Translations under genes and position numbers: made by a program | The notes under the pieces: model-generated | Databases searched by the model: none | The model's input: the letters and a program-made list of their open reading frames with translations, nothing else | What the model was told of the DNA's origin: nothing | In this document: positions 36,784 to 46,670 of the stretch, one piece after another | Position numbering within the stretch: position 1 is the stretch's first letter | Layout of the letters: the number at the start of each line of letters is the position of its first letter | Source: Candidatus Omnitrophota bacterium | GTDB lineage: Bacteria > Omnitrophota > Gorgyraeia > B26-G9 > JBDRCZ01 | DNA length: 64,000 bases | Direction: 5' to 3' | Assembly (NCBI GenBank): GCA_043821285.1 | Contig: JBDRCZ010000019.1 | Location: 2,234 to 66,233 of the forward strand

Positions 36784-37119
36784 TCACTTAACCTGCGCAA
36801 TGTATTTCATTTTCAGTTCATATAACATTTCATCAACTAATTTTTCTTCTTCGGCTAATAAATTTCCTTTGGTTTTCTCCTTAAGTAAATCAATTGTATC
36901 AATGATATATTTTGCCTGAATAATATCTTTCTCTTTTTGTCCTGTCGCCGGATTTTCCATTTCTCCTAAAAACATTAATGCCTGCATCCCCAGACTGCTA
37001 ATAAATAAAGAAAAATTCGCCGCCGGCGCCTCTCCGGCATGCCGAGGAGCATCAGCCGGCTCTTTTTTTTCTTCCTCTACCTTATTTTTCCACGACTCAT
37101 CTATTTTTTTATCCATCAC
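36784..37119 (-). CDS. Small conserved hypothetical protein (DUF1844-like)
   Basis: 111 aa. An acidic N-terminus, then FSLFISSLGMQALMFLGE...NPATG...KTKGNL, a pattern I recall for DUF1844. Confidence 0.4.
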   Translation of the reverse strand: MMDKKIDESWKNKVEEEKKEPADAPRHAGEAPAANFSLFISSLGMQALMFLGEMENPATGQKEKDIIQAKYIIDTIDLLKEKTKGNLLAEEEKLVDEMLYELKMKYIAQVK

Positions 37120-37909
37120 CCCATACCCCTTTCCATGGTTTATCTCTTAGCTGCCGTTTAATCTCCGGCATTGCACTTTCCGCAGCTATCTCACCTCTTT
37201 TTATTATTTCCCGGGCATGATTAAATGACATTTGGTCAAACTCTTGCAGGTTCGGGCTTATCGTAATATCTGCCTGGCTGCTTTCGTAGCGATCTAACTC
37301 CTGTCCTTGAATTTCAAGGGCTTGAAAAATAACCTGGGCAACATTCGTAATCCGGCCCTTCATAATATAAAAACCAATATCTACGGCAATAATAAAATCC
37401 GCCTCTAAGTTTTTTGCGATTTCAACCGGTACGGGACGCTTATACCCTCCATCGACTAACAAACGCCCACCGATTCTTACCGGATTAAATATTCCCACAA
37501 TCGAACAGCTTGCTCTTATTGCCTTAGATAATTGTCCTGACTGAAAAATTACTTCTTCTCCCTTTTCGATATCCAGCGCAACTACTGCCAGCGGAATTTT
37601 AAGATCTTTAAAATCTTTATCGTGCAGGGATTTTCTGATAACCTGTTCTAATCTTTCACCTTTATTTATTCCCATAACCGGCACGGTCAAATCTAACAAA
37701 TCCTGCCATTTAAGCTTGTTTGCCTTTTTTTCAACCTCAACCAATGGTAAATCTAGGGCATAACTTGCTCCAATGAGACTACCGATACTTGTACCCACAA
37801 TAAGGTCAATGATAATATTTTCACGTTTTAAAATCTTGATTACCCCAATATGGGCCAGACCTCTGGCGGCACCACCTCCTAATACTAATGCTATTTTCTT
37901 TTTAGACAT
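37109..37909 (-). CDS. Patatin-like phospholipase
   Basis: 266 aa. GGGAARGLAHIGV (oxyanion hole GGxxRG), GTSIGS (GxSxG nucleophile) and a DGG catalytic Asp. Confidence 0.8.
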   Translation of the reverse strand: MSKKKIALVLGGGAARGLAHIGVIKILKRENIIIDLIVGTSIGSLIGASYALDLPLVEVEKKANKLKWQDLLDLTVPVMGINKGERLEQVIRKSLHDKDFKDLKIPLAVVALDIEKGEEVIFQSGQLSKAIRASCSIVGIFNPVRIGGRLLVDGGYKRPVPVEIAKNLEADFIIAVDIGFYIMKGRITNVAQVIFQALEIQGQELDRYESSQADITISPNLQEFDQMSFNHAREIIKRGEIAAESAMPEIKRQLRDKPWKGVWGDG

Positions 37910-37938
37910 ATTCTCATCTTTTTGTCTTGTTGGGAAAA

Positions 37939-38745
37939 TTAGGATACAATAATCCCGGCATATCCAACAACACTGGTATAATCTCCGGAGGTATCACCGC
38001 TTGTTTGATATTTTATTAACTTAGCGGATTTTGCTCCTAATTTCTTACAACAAACAAGCATCACGATGATTGGCGCCCATCCGCACATGGTAATATTATA
38101 TTGTTGGATATTATTTAAAAGCCTTTGTTCGTCTAACTGTAAAATTGCATCTATTGCCAGCTGATCTTTATATCTGGCCTGAGCGTCTGACTCATAGTGT
38201 GTGAAATCTGAACTTGCAAGTATCACGACATCTTTTCCATAATCTTTAATCGCCCCGGCAATGTGTTCTCCACACATCTCGTATTCGTTTATTTGTGCCG
38301 TAGACAAAACTACGGGAACAAAATCAAAATCTTTGGCAATATACTGCAGGAATGGTAATTGAACCTCAATCGAGTGTTCGTACGCATGTGCCTGTTCATC
38401 AACCTTAAATTTAGGATATCGGTCAATCAAAGCTGTTGCCAGCTTATTATTTATCTTTACCTTCCCCAAAGGAGTACTCCAAGTTCCACAATTTATAATG
38501 CTAAAACCATATCCCGCGCCGGTATGGTTAGGTCCAAGTAAAATGTAAGTTTTCCCCGGGGACAAGGCCGCATATACACTCCCGGCAACAGTCCCCGAAT
38601 AAATATAACCCGCATGGGGAACGACCGCTCCTAAAATATCTCTCTTTTCTGACTGTTTCGGGATCAACGTTTCCAACTGTCGCGCTAATGCTGATTTTGT
38701 GCCTGGATAAAACTGCCCGGATACGACCGGTTCCCGATCACGCAT
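37939..38745 (-). CDS. MEMO1-family protein (AmmeMemoRadiSam system protein B type)
   Basis: 268 aa. GAVVPHAGYIYSG and DFTHYE are hallmark Memo motifs. Confidence 0.75.
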   Translation of the reverse strand: MRDREPVVSGQFYPGTKSALARQLETLIPKQSEKRDILGAVVPHAGYIYSGTVAGSVYAALSPGKTYILLGPNHTGAGYGFSIINCGTWSTPLGKVKINNKLATALIDRYPKFKVDEQAHAYEHSIEVQLPFLQYIAKDFDFVPVVLSTAQINEYEMCGEHIAGAIKDYGKDVVILASSDFTHYESDAQARYKDQLAIDAILQLDEQRLLNNIQQYNITMCGWAPIIVMLVCCKKLGAKSAKLIKYQTSGDTSGDYTSVVGYAGIIVS

Positions 38746-38846
38746 AACTACCCTGCCTTTTTTATTAATTAAAGAAATCCTATCTGCTTTTGATATTTAA
38801 TGCCTGCCGCTGGACACTGCCCAGGCAATCCTCCCTGCTGAATTTA

Positions 38847-39767
38847 TCACAATCTAAATAGCTGCTCAAGATAACTTAACCCGATTTTAACCTGTTCTGC
38901 GGTAACAGGCGGATGCGGTTCTAATACCTTTAAGTGATCTGGTTTCAAATATGGTTTCAAAAGGTTAAAATCAAAGTTCCCCATCAAAGGCGCAAGATGA
39001 TCGCCCATGCAATTTTTTACATCATGCAGGTGAAATCCGGCAATTCGATGTCCTAATTCATCAAGATATTGCTTGTGCATACAAAATCCAAGATTTTCAA
39101 ATACTTGTGCATGTCCGGTATCATGCCAATAAAAAAGTTCGTTTTCTTTAAAATAATCTATCAGTTTTGCGGCTTCCTCAAGACTGGGAATTTCGGAAAA
39201 ATATACTCTATTTTCAAAACATAATTTTATATTCAGGCATTGCGCAAATTTGACCAGTTCTTCAAGACTCTTTAGTAACATCGTAAAATGTCTTCCGGAT
39301 TTTTTAGCGCGCATTTTCTGCACTTTATCTTTTAATGCTATATATTTTAAACTGTCTTTTTCTCCCGCATCACAAAAAGCCGCCAGTCGGCGCGTAAAAT
39401 CCCCAATTTTGACTCTACCCGTATGTAAAATTACCGCCTGGGCACCGGTATTTACCGCGGTCTCAATTGTTTGTTTGGTAAAAAAAACCGCTTTTTTCCG
39501 CTCATCTTCTTGTAATGCCGCAAGGGAAAAATAATCTGGTGAAACAAAACCACGGTAATTTACGACCTCCGGTACGGGACAAAAATTATGAACACTCGTA
39601 ACCCTTATCTGCTGATCCCGAACAGACTGAATGATTTCCTCAACATCCTTTCGTATATGCATAAAACTAAGCTCGATGATATTAATTCCTATTGTTTTAA
39701 TCTCTTCGATTATTTGCCTGGCGGATAGACATTGCCGCACATTCCACGATGTTGATAAGCTAAACAT
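38847..39767 (-). CDS. Sugar phosphate isomerase/epimerase (xylose-isomerase-like TIM barrel, AP endonuclease 2 fold)
   Basis: About 306 aa from MFSLSTSWN (the ORF track extends to 39824). It shows the alternating beta/alpha pattern with conserved E/H/D (ILHTG, CFEN, HDTGH, HLHD). Confidence 0.5.
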   Translation of the reverse strand: MFSLSTSWNVRQCLSARQIIEEIKTIGINIIELSFMHIRKDVEEIIQSVRDQQIRVTSVHNFCPVPEVVNYRGFVSPDYFSLAALQEDERKKAVFFTKQTIETAVNTGAQAVILHTGRVKIGDFTRRLAAFCDAGEKDSLKYIALKDKVQKMRAKKSGRHFTMLLKSLEELVKFAQCLNIKLCFENRVYFSEIPSLEEAAKLIDYFKENELFYWHDTGHAQVFENLGFCMHKQYLDELGHRIAGFHLHDVKNCMGDHLAPLMGNFDFNLLKPYLKPDHLKVLEPHPPVTAEQVKIGLSYLEQLFRL

Positions 39768-39780
39768 TATACTAACCTCT

Positions 39781-42474
39781 CTATTGTTTAACCGGAGCAG
39801 TAACCACCACTGCTGCCTTTGCAAGCTTTAAATAGTCAAGTGCCTCTTTAATATCACTGCGCGTAACAGAATTTATTTTGTTTTCATATTCAAGATAATC
39901 GTTAAAACCAATCCCATATAATTCATTTAATGCAAAATCCAAAGATAAAGCACGGCAGCTCTGGAGTCCTTGCCAATGCATTCCGATAAGATAATTTTTA
40001 GCAATATTTATTTCCTGATCAGTAATCTGCTCAACCGTTAAATTCTCAATCTCCCAATCGACAATTTCAATGACCATATTTAATAATTGCGGCTGGGTCG
40101 CAATATATAGCAGATAATACCCTTGCTCCGGTCCAAATATATTTTGGCCGCCAAGGGTATAAGACATGCCGGCCTGCATTCTAATCTTTTCATACAGCCT
40201 CCCGCCGGTGCTGTCTAAAATTGAGCTTATTAACTCTAAGGCATAACGGAGTTTGTCGGGAAGCGCCACGGTATGAAAACCGTATAAAATTACCGCCTGT
40301 TGTTTATCTTCACGTAAATTAAAAATATAGCGTTTATTTTGAATTTGCGGTTCGCTAATTGACTCTAACGGGGGTTGCGATTTAGCGGGTAAATGCCCGA
40401 ATTTCCTTTTTAGCTTAAGCACAATTTCCGCGGTATCAAAATCACCAACCGCCGATATAACCATGTTCTTGGTACAGAGATAATTGTTGTAAAAATCATG
40501 TAAATCCCCTACCGTAAAATTAGAAACCGATTTCAAACTGCCAATGGGTAAAAAACGATATGGATATTTTTGATAAAGAACTCTTTTTAATACCGATGAG
40601 GTGTAAGAAAAAATATCATCGTCAATGGATTCAATCTCGGCCAAAAGTGTTTTTTTGGCCAGTTTAAATTCGTCTGCGGGGAAAATCGGATTTGTTACAA
40701 TTTCTGATAAAATATCTATGGCTAATTCAAGATCGCAACTTAAAGCATCAATCGTTACCCCGAAACTGTTATGTCCACTAAAATTATTTATCCGCATCCC
40801 ATAAGATTCCGCAAGTTCTGCAAGTTTAGCTTGGGAATATTTTTTTGTTCCTTTAGTCAACATCAATGAAAAAAGATTAGACCGGCCATTTGTTTTTTCA
40901 TCTTCAGATCTTAACCCTCCTTCAATCGCCAAACAAAGGCTTACCATGGGTAATTTTTCTTTCTCCTTGAGGATTACTCTTATCCCATTATCTAAGTTTA
41001 TTTTAGTTGCCGCCTTATCAATAATATGCTCCTTTTGATTATCAGATACGTTTACCTTTTCATCCTCTGTTTTCCGTTTTAAAACCACAGTTGTTGAATT
41101 ATCTACATTTAAATATTTTTTTGCAACCCGTTTTAAATCCGCGATGCTTACCTGATTAATTTTATTTAAATATTTACGTGAAAAGTCATAATCTCCTGTT
41201 AAATAATAGCTTAAGGCCAGGTCACGTGCCTGGCCTGATAAATCCTCCAACCGATCAACATAATCCTTGAAAAGCTGCATTTTTGCCCGGGATAACTGCG
41301 TTTGAGAAATATTTCCCTTTTTTGCCCGGTTAATCTGCTCCCAAATAGCCTGCTTTACCTTTTCTTCGTTAATATCGGTATTAACGACACAAGTGATTCC
41401 AAAACTGCCCGGATCACGTGGTGTAAAATTAAAACAACTAATCGAACGTACTAATCCGGCTTTATAAACATTCTGATATAAAAGCGAACTTTTGCCTTCG
41501 CCTAAAATTATCGCTAAAACGTCTAAAGCAAACAGATCATTATCCGTGATACTTACGCTATGAAAGCCAATAATTAAATGCGGTTGGGCGAGGTTATAGT
41601 TTAGCACATTAGTTCTTTGAACCAACTGTTCCGGTTCAATATAAAATTTATCCTGAACATATAAACTTTGAGAAAAACTACCGAATTCCTGTGAAATTTT
41701 TTTTAAAGCTGATTCCGAATCAATATCACCGGCAACCGCAATGATCATATTATTCGGCTGGTATTTTTTTTTATAATAATTTTCTAGGTCGTTAAGGGTT
41801 ATTTTCTCAAAAATATCCTCGCAGCCAATTATCGGAAAACGGTAGGGATGTCTGGTATATAGATCCTGCAAAAAAACACGTGATAAATATTTATCCGGGT
41901 CATCTAAACACATTTTCATTTCACTCTGAATTACCGCTTTTTCTTTATTAAACTCTTCTTCGCGAAATAATGGATTCTGGACTTGATCGGCAAGTATTTC
42001 AATCGCCGTATCAAAGTTTTCGGCCCGTAGACAAATTATGTAACCCGTGCTGTCAAATGATGTATAGCCATTATAGAAGCCACCGGCATTTTTTATCTGC
42101 TGTTCGATTTCCCGCGCAGTTTTGTTCGTGGTATCTTTAAACATCATATGCTCAAGCAGATGAGATATTCCACTACCCCAATAATCCGTTTCGCGCGCAC
42201 TTCCGGTTTTTACCAACAAAAAAACTGCCACCAGCGAAACACTGTGGTCTTCGGAAATTAAAATCTGCAGACTATTCCTCAAGGTTTCTTTATCGATCGA
42301 TAAGGCTGGAGTACCAAAGGTAAGATTTTCAGCATAGCTGACCGCAGAAAATGTAAGGTAAATACATATTGCAAAAATATAATATTTTACGAGGATATTT
42401 TTCGTATGCATTACAATTAAAAAGGCAGCAGTGACAATACAATAAGAAATTTGCTTAAGGCTAAAGTTTAGCAA
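39781..42474 (-). CDS. Two-unit M16 family zinc metallopeptidase (pitrilysin/insulinase-like), with an N-terminal TM/signal
   Basis: 897 aa. HLLEHMMFKDT (the inverted zincin HxxEH motif) plus E downstream. A second inactive-type M16 half begins near residue 480. Confidence 0.8.
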   Translation of the reverse strand: MLNFSLKQISYCIVTAAFLIVMHTKNILVKYYIFAICIYLTFSAVSYAENLTFGTPALSIDKETLRNSLQILISEDHSVSLVAVFLLVKTGSARETDYWGSGISHLLEHMMFKDTTNKTAREIEQQIKNAGGFYNGYTSFDSTGYIICLRAENFDTAIEILADQVQNPLFREEEFNKEKAVIQSEMKMCLDDPDKYLSRVFLQDLYTRHPYRFPIIGCEDIFEKITLNDLENYYKKKYQPNNMIIAVAGDIDSESALKKISQEFGSFSQSLYVQDKFYIEPEQLVQRTNVLNYNLAQPHLIIGFHSVSITDNDLFALDVLAIILGEGKSSLLYQNVYKAGLVRSISCFNFTPRDPGSFGITCVVNTDINEEKVKQAIWEQINRAKKGNISQTQLSRAKMQLFKDYVDRLEDLSGQARDLALSYYLTGDYDFSRKYLNKINQVSIADLKRVAKKYLNVDNSTTVVLKRKTEDEKVNVSDNQKEHIIDKAATKINLDNGIRVILKEKEKLPMVSLCLAIEGGLRSEDEKTNGRSNLFSLMLTKGTKKYSQAKLAELAESYGMRINNFSGHNSFGVTIDALSCDLELAIDILSEIVTNPIFPADEFKLAKKTLLAEIESIDDDIFSYTSSVLKRVLYQKYPYRFLPIGSLKSVSNFTVGDLHDFYNNYLCTKNMVISAVGDFDTAEIVLKLKRKFGHLPAKSQPPLESISEPQIQNKRYIFNLREDKQQAVILYGFHTVALPDKLRYALELISSILDSTGGRLYEKIRMQAGMSYTLGGQNIFGPEQGYYLLYIATQPQLLNMVIEIVDWEIENLTVEQITDQEINIAKNYLIGMHWQGLQSCRALSLDFALNELYGIGFNDYLEYENKINSVTRSDIKEALDYLKLAKAAVVVTAPVKQ

Positions 42475-42602
42475 TTCATAATTTTGCTTTTCAGATAATT
42501 AATCAAAAATCCGCCAGTATATTATGGTGGACTGGCGCCCTCCATAAAAATTGGCGGACAGTGATTAATTCACCCGCCCTGTATTTTGGCGGGTCATTAA
42601 AG

Positions 42603-42776
42603 TTAATATTTTCTGCTTTTTGAGCTTTTTCTTTTTCTTCGTTTTATTTCGCTTGGTTTTTCGTAATGTTTGCGTGCTTTAAGTTCTTTTAAAATTCCTG
42701 ACTTTTCTATCTTTTTTTTAAATCGGCGCAGGGCTTTTTCCAGTGGTTCTCCTGCTTCAACTTTTATCCTATCCAT
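42603..42776 (-). CDS. rpsU: 30S ribosomal protein S21 (not in the ORF track)
   Basis: The minus-strand translation is MDRIKVEAGEPLEKALRRFKKKIEKSGILKELKARKHYEKPSEIKRRKRKSSKSRKY. This is the S21 pattern (cf. E. coli [29 protein letters not shown]...FYEKPT..RKR). RBS AGGGAG. Confidence 0.85.
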   Translation of the reverse strand: MDRIKVEAGEPLEKALRRFKKKIEKSGILKELKARKHYEKPSEIKRRKRKSSKSRKY

Positions 42777-43104
42777 TTTGTTGTCACTCCCTCTGTTTAT
42801 AGATTAAATGTGTAGACAATACCCGTAGCACAAACTACGTATATTCTATGACAATGTCCGTCTGCGAATTAAATCCCTGTCCGCCAAATCCGCCGCTTAT
42901 ACCTTGGCAGATTTTCAGCTTTCTGAGGACAAAACTATCTGTTCAGCGGATGTTTAGTTTATTTTAATGACCCGCCATGGTTTTTGGCGGGGAATTTACC
43001 CACCGTCGTATTAGCGGCGGGAGATTATGTTTATGCTTTTACTATGGTGTATATTAATTAACTGCAAGAAAATTACGAAAAATAATTCTTATAAGAACCA
43101 CCTT

Positions 43105-43133
43105 GATTTTAGCAAGATCAAACAGTTTTGTCA
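43105..43133 (-). promoter_or_regulatory. Near-consensus sigma70 promoter TTGACA-17-TAAAAT on the minus strand, about 320 nt upstream of rpsU
   Basis: The minus strand reads TTGACAaaactgtttgatcttgcTAAAAT. The long leader contains CCCGCC/GGCGGG hairpins. Confidence 0.45.
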
Positions 43134-43317
43134 AGATAATCTTCTAATCGGATAATTACACTTGAAAAATACGGATTATCCCGCCGACTATTATTTGTAA
43201 ACATTTGCCGCTCATCAGCAGCTATTACTACTGAAAAAAGTTTTAATTTCCAATCACCGTCCCCCGTCGCCACAGAAAAAAACAGAGCATTTTCCCTATG
43301 CGTGGGATCTCTATGAA

Positions 43318-43971
43318 CTACGTCTGTGGAGATTCCACTTCAAAAGAAATTACGAGATTAAAAGTAAGTTCTTCACGGTCAATTTTTTCGGGGATTGCCG
43401 GGAATGGTGTCGCCGCTTCAATGCTTCTTATTGCCGCCTTTTGTAAAAACTGATCTGAAGCTGAATTCTCTTCGATTATCTGTACACAATGTAACTGGCC
43501 TTTTTTCGTAATCGTAAACGTAAGAAAGATATCTCCGCGCTTGAATTGTGCCGGATAGATAACATTGCGGCGGATTTTTTCACGAATATTGGAATAATAA
43601 TCCAAATAAATTTTAGATTCTTTCAGACTTTGCGCTTGCCTTTTGTAAAATTCGTTTGTCTCATCTCTGATATTAACCTTTTTTGTTCCGGGGACCGAGC
43701 GTTTGTAAACTGAGACGGTATGCTTTTTTGTGGTGATCGCGGTAGATTTTTCTTTTTTTGGTAAATATATCGGCTCGGACGGCAACGCTGTCTTTTCTGC
43801 TGGCAATGATAGCTTATCCTGAGAAGAAATAAGATATGTTACTTCAATATCCGCTATTTTAGCTTTTGGAAAAAAATATTTGCTGCAGAACGCTCTGGGT
43901 AAAAACAAGGTTGCATGTAAACACATCGAAATTAGCAGTGCCGCTTGAAATGTCTTATTTTGTTCAATCAT
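43318..43971 (-). CDS. TonB-family energy transducer (C-terminal TonB domain protein)
   Basis: 217 aa. An N-terminal TM (ALLISMCLHATLFL), a Pro/Lys-rich linker, and a C-terminal YPAQFKRGDIFLTFTITKKGQLHCVQII...F motif typical of TonB_C. Confidence 0.6.
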   Translation of the reverse strand: MIEQNKTFQAALLISMCLHATLFLPRAFCSKYFFPKAKIADIEVTYLISSQDKLSLPAEKTALPSEPIYLPKKEKSTAITTKKHTVSVYKRSVPGTKKVNIRDETNEFYKRQAQSLKESKIYLDYYSNIREKIRRNVIYPAQFKRGDIFLTFTITKKGQLHCVQIIEENSASDQFLQKAAIRSIEAATPFPAIPEKIDREELTFNLVISFEVESPQT

Positions 43972-44019
43972 TTATTATTCACAATTTTCAATTACGTTCT
44001 ATTTTTTAGAACAGATGGT

Positions 44020-44090
44020 AAATATCCGGAAAATGCGGTGCATTTTCCGTGCATGAATATCCTCAAGAGCAAGTTCTTGAGGATATTCAT
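44020..44090 (-). terminator. Tandem hairpins just after the HD-GYP gene stop: a perfect 38-nt palindrome ATGAATATCCTCAAGAGC|GCTCTTGAGGATATTCAT (44053-44090), plus CGGAAAATGCggtGCATTTTCCG (44025-44048)
   Basis: Seen directly in the sequence. The second hairpin resembles hairpin 1 of the ~150-bp repeat element. Confidence 0.55.
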
Positions 44091-45629
44091 TTAGTCTTCC
44101 TTTTGCACCTCGGTAATAAGTTCTGGATTTTTATCTAACACCCTTAAAAATGCTTCGACAACTTTAGGATCAAACTGTGTGCCGCTGCATTTCTTAACTT
44201 CCGACATTGCCATATCCTTAGTAAAACCTGTTTCGCGATACGGACGGACGGTTACCATTGCGTCAAAACTATCGGCAACACTAATTATCCGTGCACCAAC
44301 TTTTATCTCTTCACCTTTAAGACCAGTGGGATACCCTTGCCCGTCATATCTTTCATGATGCTGCTTTACAAATTCAATAACATCACCTAAAAAAACCAAC
44401 GGGCTTAAAATTTCTGCGCTCTTTCCTGGGTGTAATTTTATCTCCGCCCACTCTCCGGGAGTTAATTTGTCGTTTTTGGTCAAGATATAATCATGCACGC
44501 CAATCTTCCCTAAATCATGCAGCTGACATGCCAGTCGGATATTTTCTGTATCTTTTTCACCTAGTCCCATCTCCTTGGCAATCTCAACAGCATACCTGGT
44601 CACGTGTTCTGAATGATTACGCGTATAATGATCTTTGGCATCAATCGCTGAAGTCAATGCCTTGACGGTCCGAATATAAGTTTCCGTAAGCGAAGTATAT
44701 AACCGGGCGTTTTCAACCGCAATTGCCGCTTCATTCGTCAACCCTTTGATAAATCCAAAATCTTCTTTAGTAAACGGTTCTCCGGACCTTTTATTATTAA
44801 CGTTAATCACGCCAATAACGTCATTCTTTACGGTTAAAGGGACGCTAATAAAAGAATGGGTATAGTATTGCTCTTTATTGGTTGGAGTAAATCTTGTCTC
44901 TTGCGCAAGATCTTCGACTAATATCCCTTCGCTATTTTCAATAATCCAGCCGGAAATTGACTCTCCTATTTTAATTCTGGTATTACGAATAATGTCCTCG
45001 GTTAACCCCCGGGCCGCCTGAATGGATAATTCCTGCCGGTTTAGATCAAGCAATAAAATCGCGCATTTTTCAATATCTAAAACCGTACAAATTCTATCCA
45101 CGATCGTTTTTAAAACTTCATCCAATTTTATACTGGATAAAATATCGCGGCTGATACTAAAAAGAAGCGATAACTCTTTAGTTCGCTCCTTAACCTTTTC
45201 TTCTAATTTGACATTTTGTTCTTCTAATTCCTTCATCAGTCTTTTATTCATAAACGATAAATTCTGCAAGTCAACCGCTCTTTTTATCACTAAAGAAATC
45301 TCTTCAATATTAAAAGGCTTGGTAATATAATCATAAGCACCTTCTCTTATTGCCGATTGGATAGTTTCGAAAGAAGGGTAACCGGTCATGATGATAACAA
45401 TTGTGTCTGAATTAGCAGATTTTACTTCCTGCAACACCTGTATTCCATTAATATCCGGCATTTTAAAATCTACCATAACAACATTGTAATTATCTTCTTT
45501 AAACGTTTTCAAACCGTCACGTCCGGAGTTAGCATAGTTAACAATATAGCCCCGGTCTTGTAATAAATCTCTCAAAAATTCACACATCACTAATTCATCA
45601 TCAATAATCAGAATCTTTGCCGCTGACAT
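44091..45629 (-). CDS. Response regulator with receiver + GAF + HD-GYP (c-di-GMP phosphodiesterase-type) domains
   Basis: 512 aa. Receiver ILIIDDE...VMVDFKMPD. A GAF region. HDLGKIGV and HHERYDGQGYP are the HD and GYP motifs. Confidence 0.8.
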   Translation of the reverse strand: MSAAKILIIDDELVMCEFLRDLLQDRGYIVNYANSGRDGLKTFKEDNYNVVMVDFKMPDINGIQVLQEVKSANSDTIVIIMTGYPSFETIQSAIREGAYDYITKPFNIEEISLVIKRAVDLQNLSFMNKRLMKELEEQNVKLEEKVKERTKELSLLFSISRDILSSIKLDEVLKTIVDRICTVLDIEKCAILLLDLNRQELSIQAARGLTEDIIRNTRIKIGESISGWIIENSEGILVEDLAQETRFTPTNKEQYYTHSFISVPLTVKNDVIGVINVNNKRSGEPFTKEDFGFIKGLTNEAAIAVENARLYTSLTETYIRTVKALTSAIDAKDHYTRNHSEHVTRYAVEIAKEMGLGEKDTENIRLACQLHDLGKIGVHDYILTKNDKLTPGEWAEIKLHPGKSAEILSPLVFLGDVIEFVKQHHERYDGQGYPTGLKGEEIKVGARIISVADSFDAMVTVRPYRETGFTKDMAMSEVKKCSGTQFDPKVVEAFLRVLDKNPELITEVQKED

Positions 45630-45793
45630 TTATAATCTCCCAATCTCTATTAGACAAAATCAAGCATAATAAAAAAATTTTTCTCGTATAGATTACCCTA
45701 TGAAAACCGTAAGGTTTTCAAGCTTTCTCCTTATTATATAAAAATTCTTTTTTCCTTTTGGCCTACATTTTCTTTATTAAAAGAAAATGTCAG

Positions 45794-45824
45794 GTAAACT
45801 TATTGCCGCAGGCAATAAGTTTAC
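45794..45824 (-). terminator. Intrinsic terminator GTAAACTTATTGCC-gca-GGCAATAAGTTTAC followed by a U-rich tract (minus strand) at the end of the CheY-like gene
   Basis: A 14-bp perfect stem. Downstream on the minus strand is CTGACATTTTCTTTT. Confidence 0.6.
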
Positions 45825-46189
45825 TGTTTATTTCTAATTTTGTTAACAATAGCAATAACTTCTGTTACATTAAATGGTTTATGTATACAAGTTACCGCCC
45901 CATTGGTCATTGACTCTTCAAGGGCATGTATCGGCATACTATCCATCATAACCACCGCAGTATTCGGAGTAAGCTGCCTTAACATTTTAAGTGTTTTTAC
46001 CCCATCCATAACCGGCATGTGCACGTCGACAAAAGCAATCGGGAAAAATTTTTCTTTTACAATACGTTCTGCCTCTTTGCCATTATTAACTGTCGTTACC
46101 TTATATCCCTCATCCTGTAAGATATCAATAAATAAATTACGCATTATCTCTTCATCATCTACTACGAGAATTTCTAAACATTTATCCAT
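45821..46189 (-). CDS. Single-domain CheY-like response regulator receiver
   Basis: 122 aa. ILVVDDEEIMRNLFIDIL, FVDVHMP (the phospho-Asp) and a conserved K near the C-terminus. Confidence 0.8.
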   Translation of the reverse strand: MDKCLEILVVDDEEIMRNLFIDILQDEGYKVTTVNNGKEAERIVKEKFFPIAFVDVHMPVMDGVKTLKMLRQLTPNTAVVMMDSMPIHALEESMTNGAVTCIHKPFNVTEVIAIVNKIRNKQ

Positions 46190-46223
46190 TTTTTTCTCCT
46201 CTGTTTTTTGCTATACAGCAAAA

Positions 46224-46616
46224 TCATGATCCCTCCTGTTTGCTCTGTTCTACGGCCTTTTTCATCGCTTCTCTTATCTCATTTATATCAAACGGTTTAT
46301 GAATGCTAGTAACCGCGCCTTCATGTTCTGCCATTTTAAGGAGAAGGTCGGGATAGCTATCCATCATGACAATTGCTGTCTTCGGGCTGATCCGTTTTAA
46401 AGCCGAGAGAGTCTGTACGCCATCCCTTACCGGCATATGTATGTCTATAAAAGCAGCATTGAAAAATGTTCTTTTGGCTATGTCTTCTGCTTCCTTTCCA
46501 TCAGCTGCCGTAACAACATTATATCCTTCTTCTTGCAGTATATCTGTAAAAAGACTGCGCATTACCTCTTCATCATCGACGACTAATATGTTGATATCCT
46601 GCTTTGCTTGTTCCAT
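46224..46616 (-). CDS. Single-domain CheY-like response regulator receiver (paralog of 45821-46189)
   Basis: Start taken at the internal MEQAKQDINILVVDDEEVMRSLF (the ORF track extends to 46655). About 50% identical to its neighbour. Confidence 0.8.
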   Translation of the reverse strand: MEQAKQDINILVVDDEEVMRSLFTDILQEEGYNVVTAADGKEAEDIAKRTFFNAAFIDIHMPVRDGVQTLSALKRISPKTAIVMMDSYPDLLLKMAEHEGAVTSIHKPFDINEIREAMKKAVEQSKQEGS

Positions 46617-46670
46617 AAAAAAATTAAATATGAAAACACGATTTTTTTCATACAATATATCAACAATCAG

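Noticed and set aside
37939-38745. Complete AmmeMemoRadiSam three-gene system
   Set aside because: Only the Memo-like component is present. The neighbouring TIM-barrel protein has no CxxxCxxC motif, and no AMMECR1-like gene is in the window.
43034-43150. Small plus-strand ORF MFMLLLWCILINCKKITKNNSYKNHLDFSKIKQFCQDNLLIG
   Set aside because: It overlaps, antisense, the strong minus-strand TTGACA/TAAAAT promoter. It has no RBS and no evidence of conservation.
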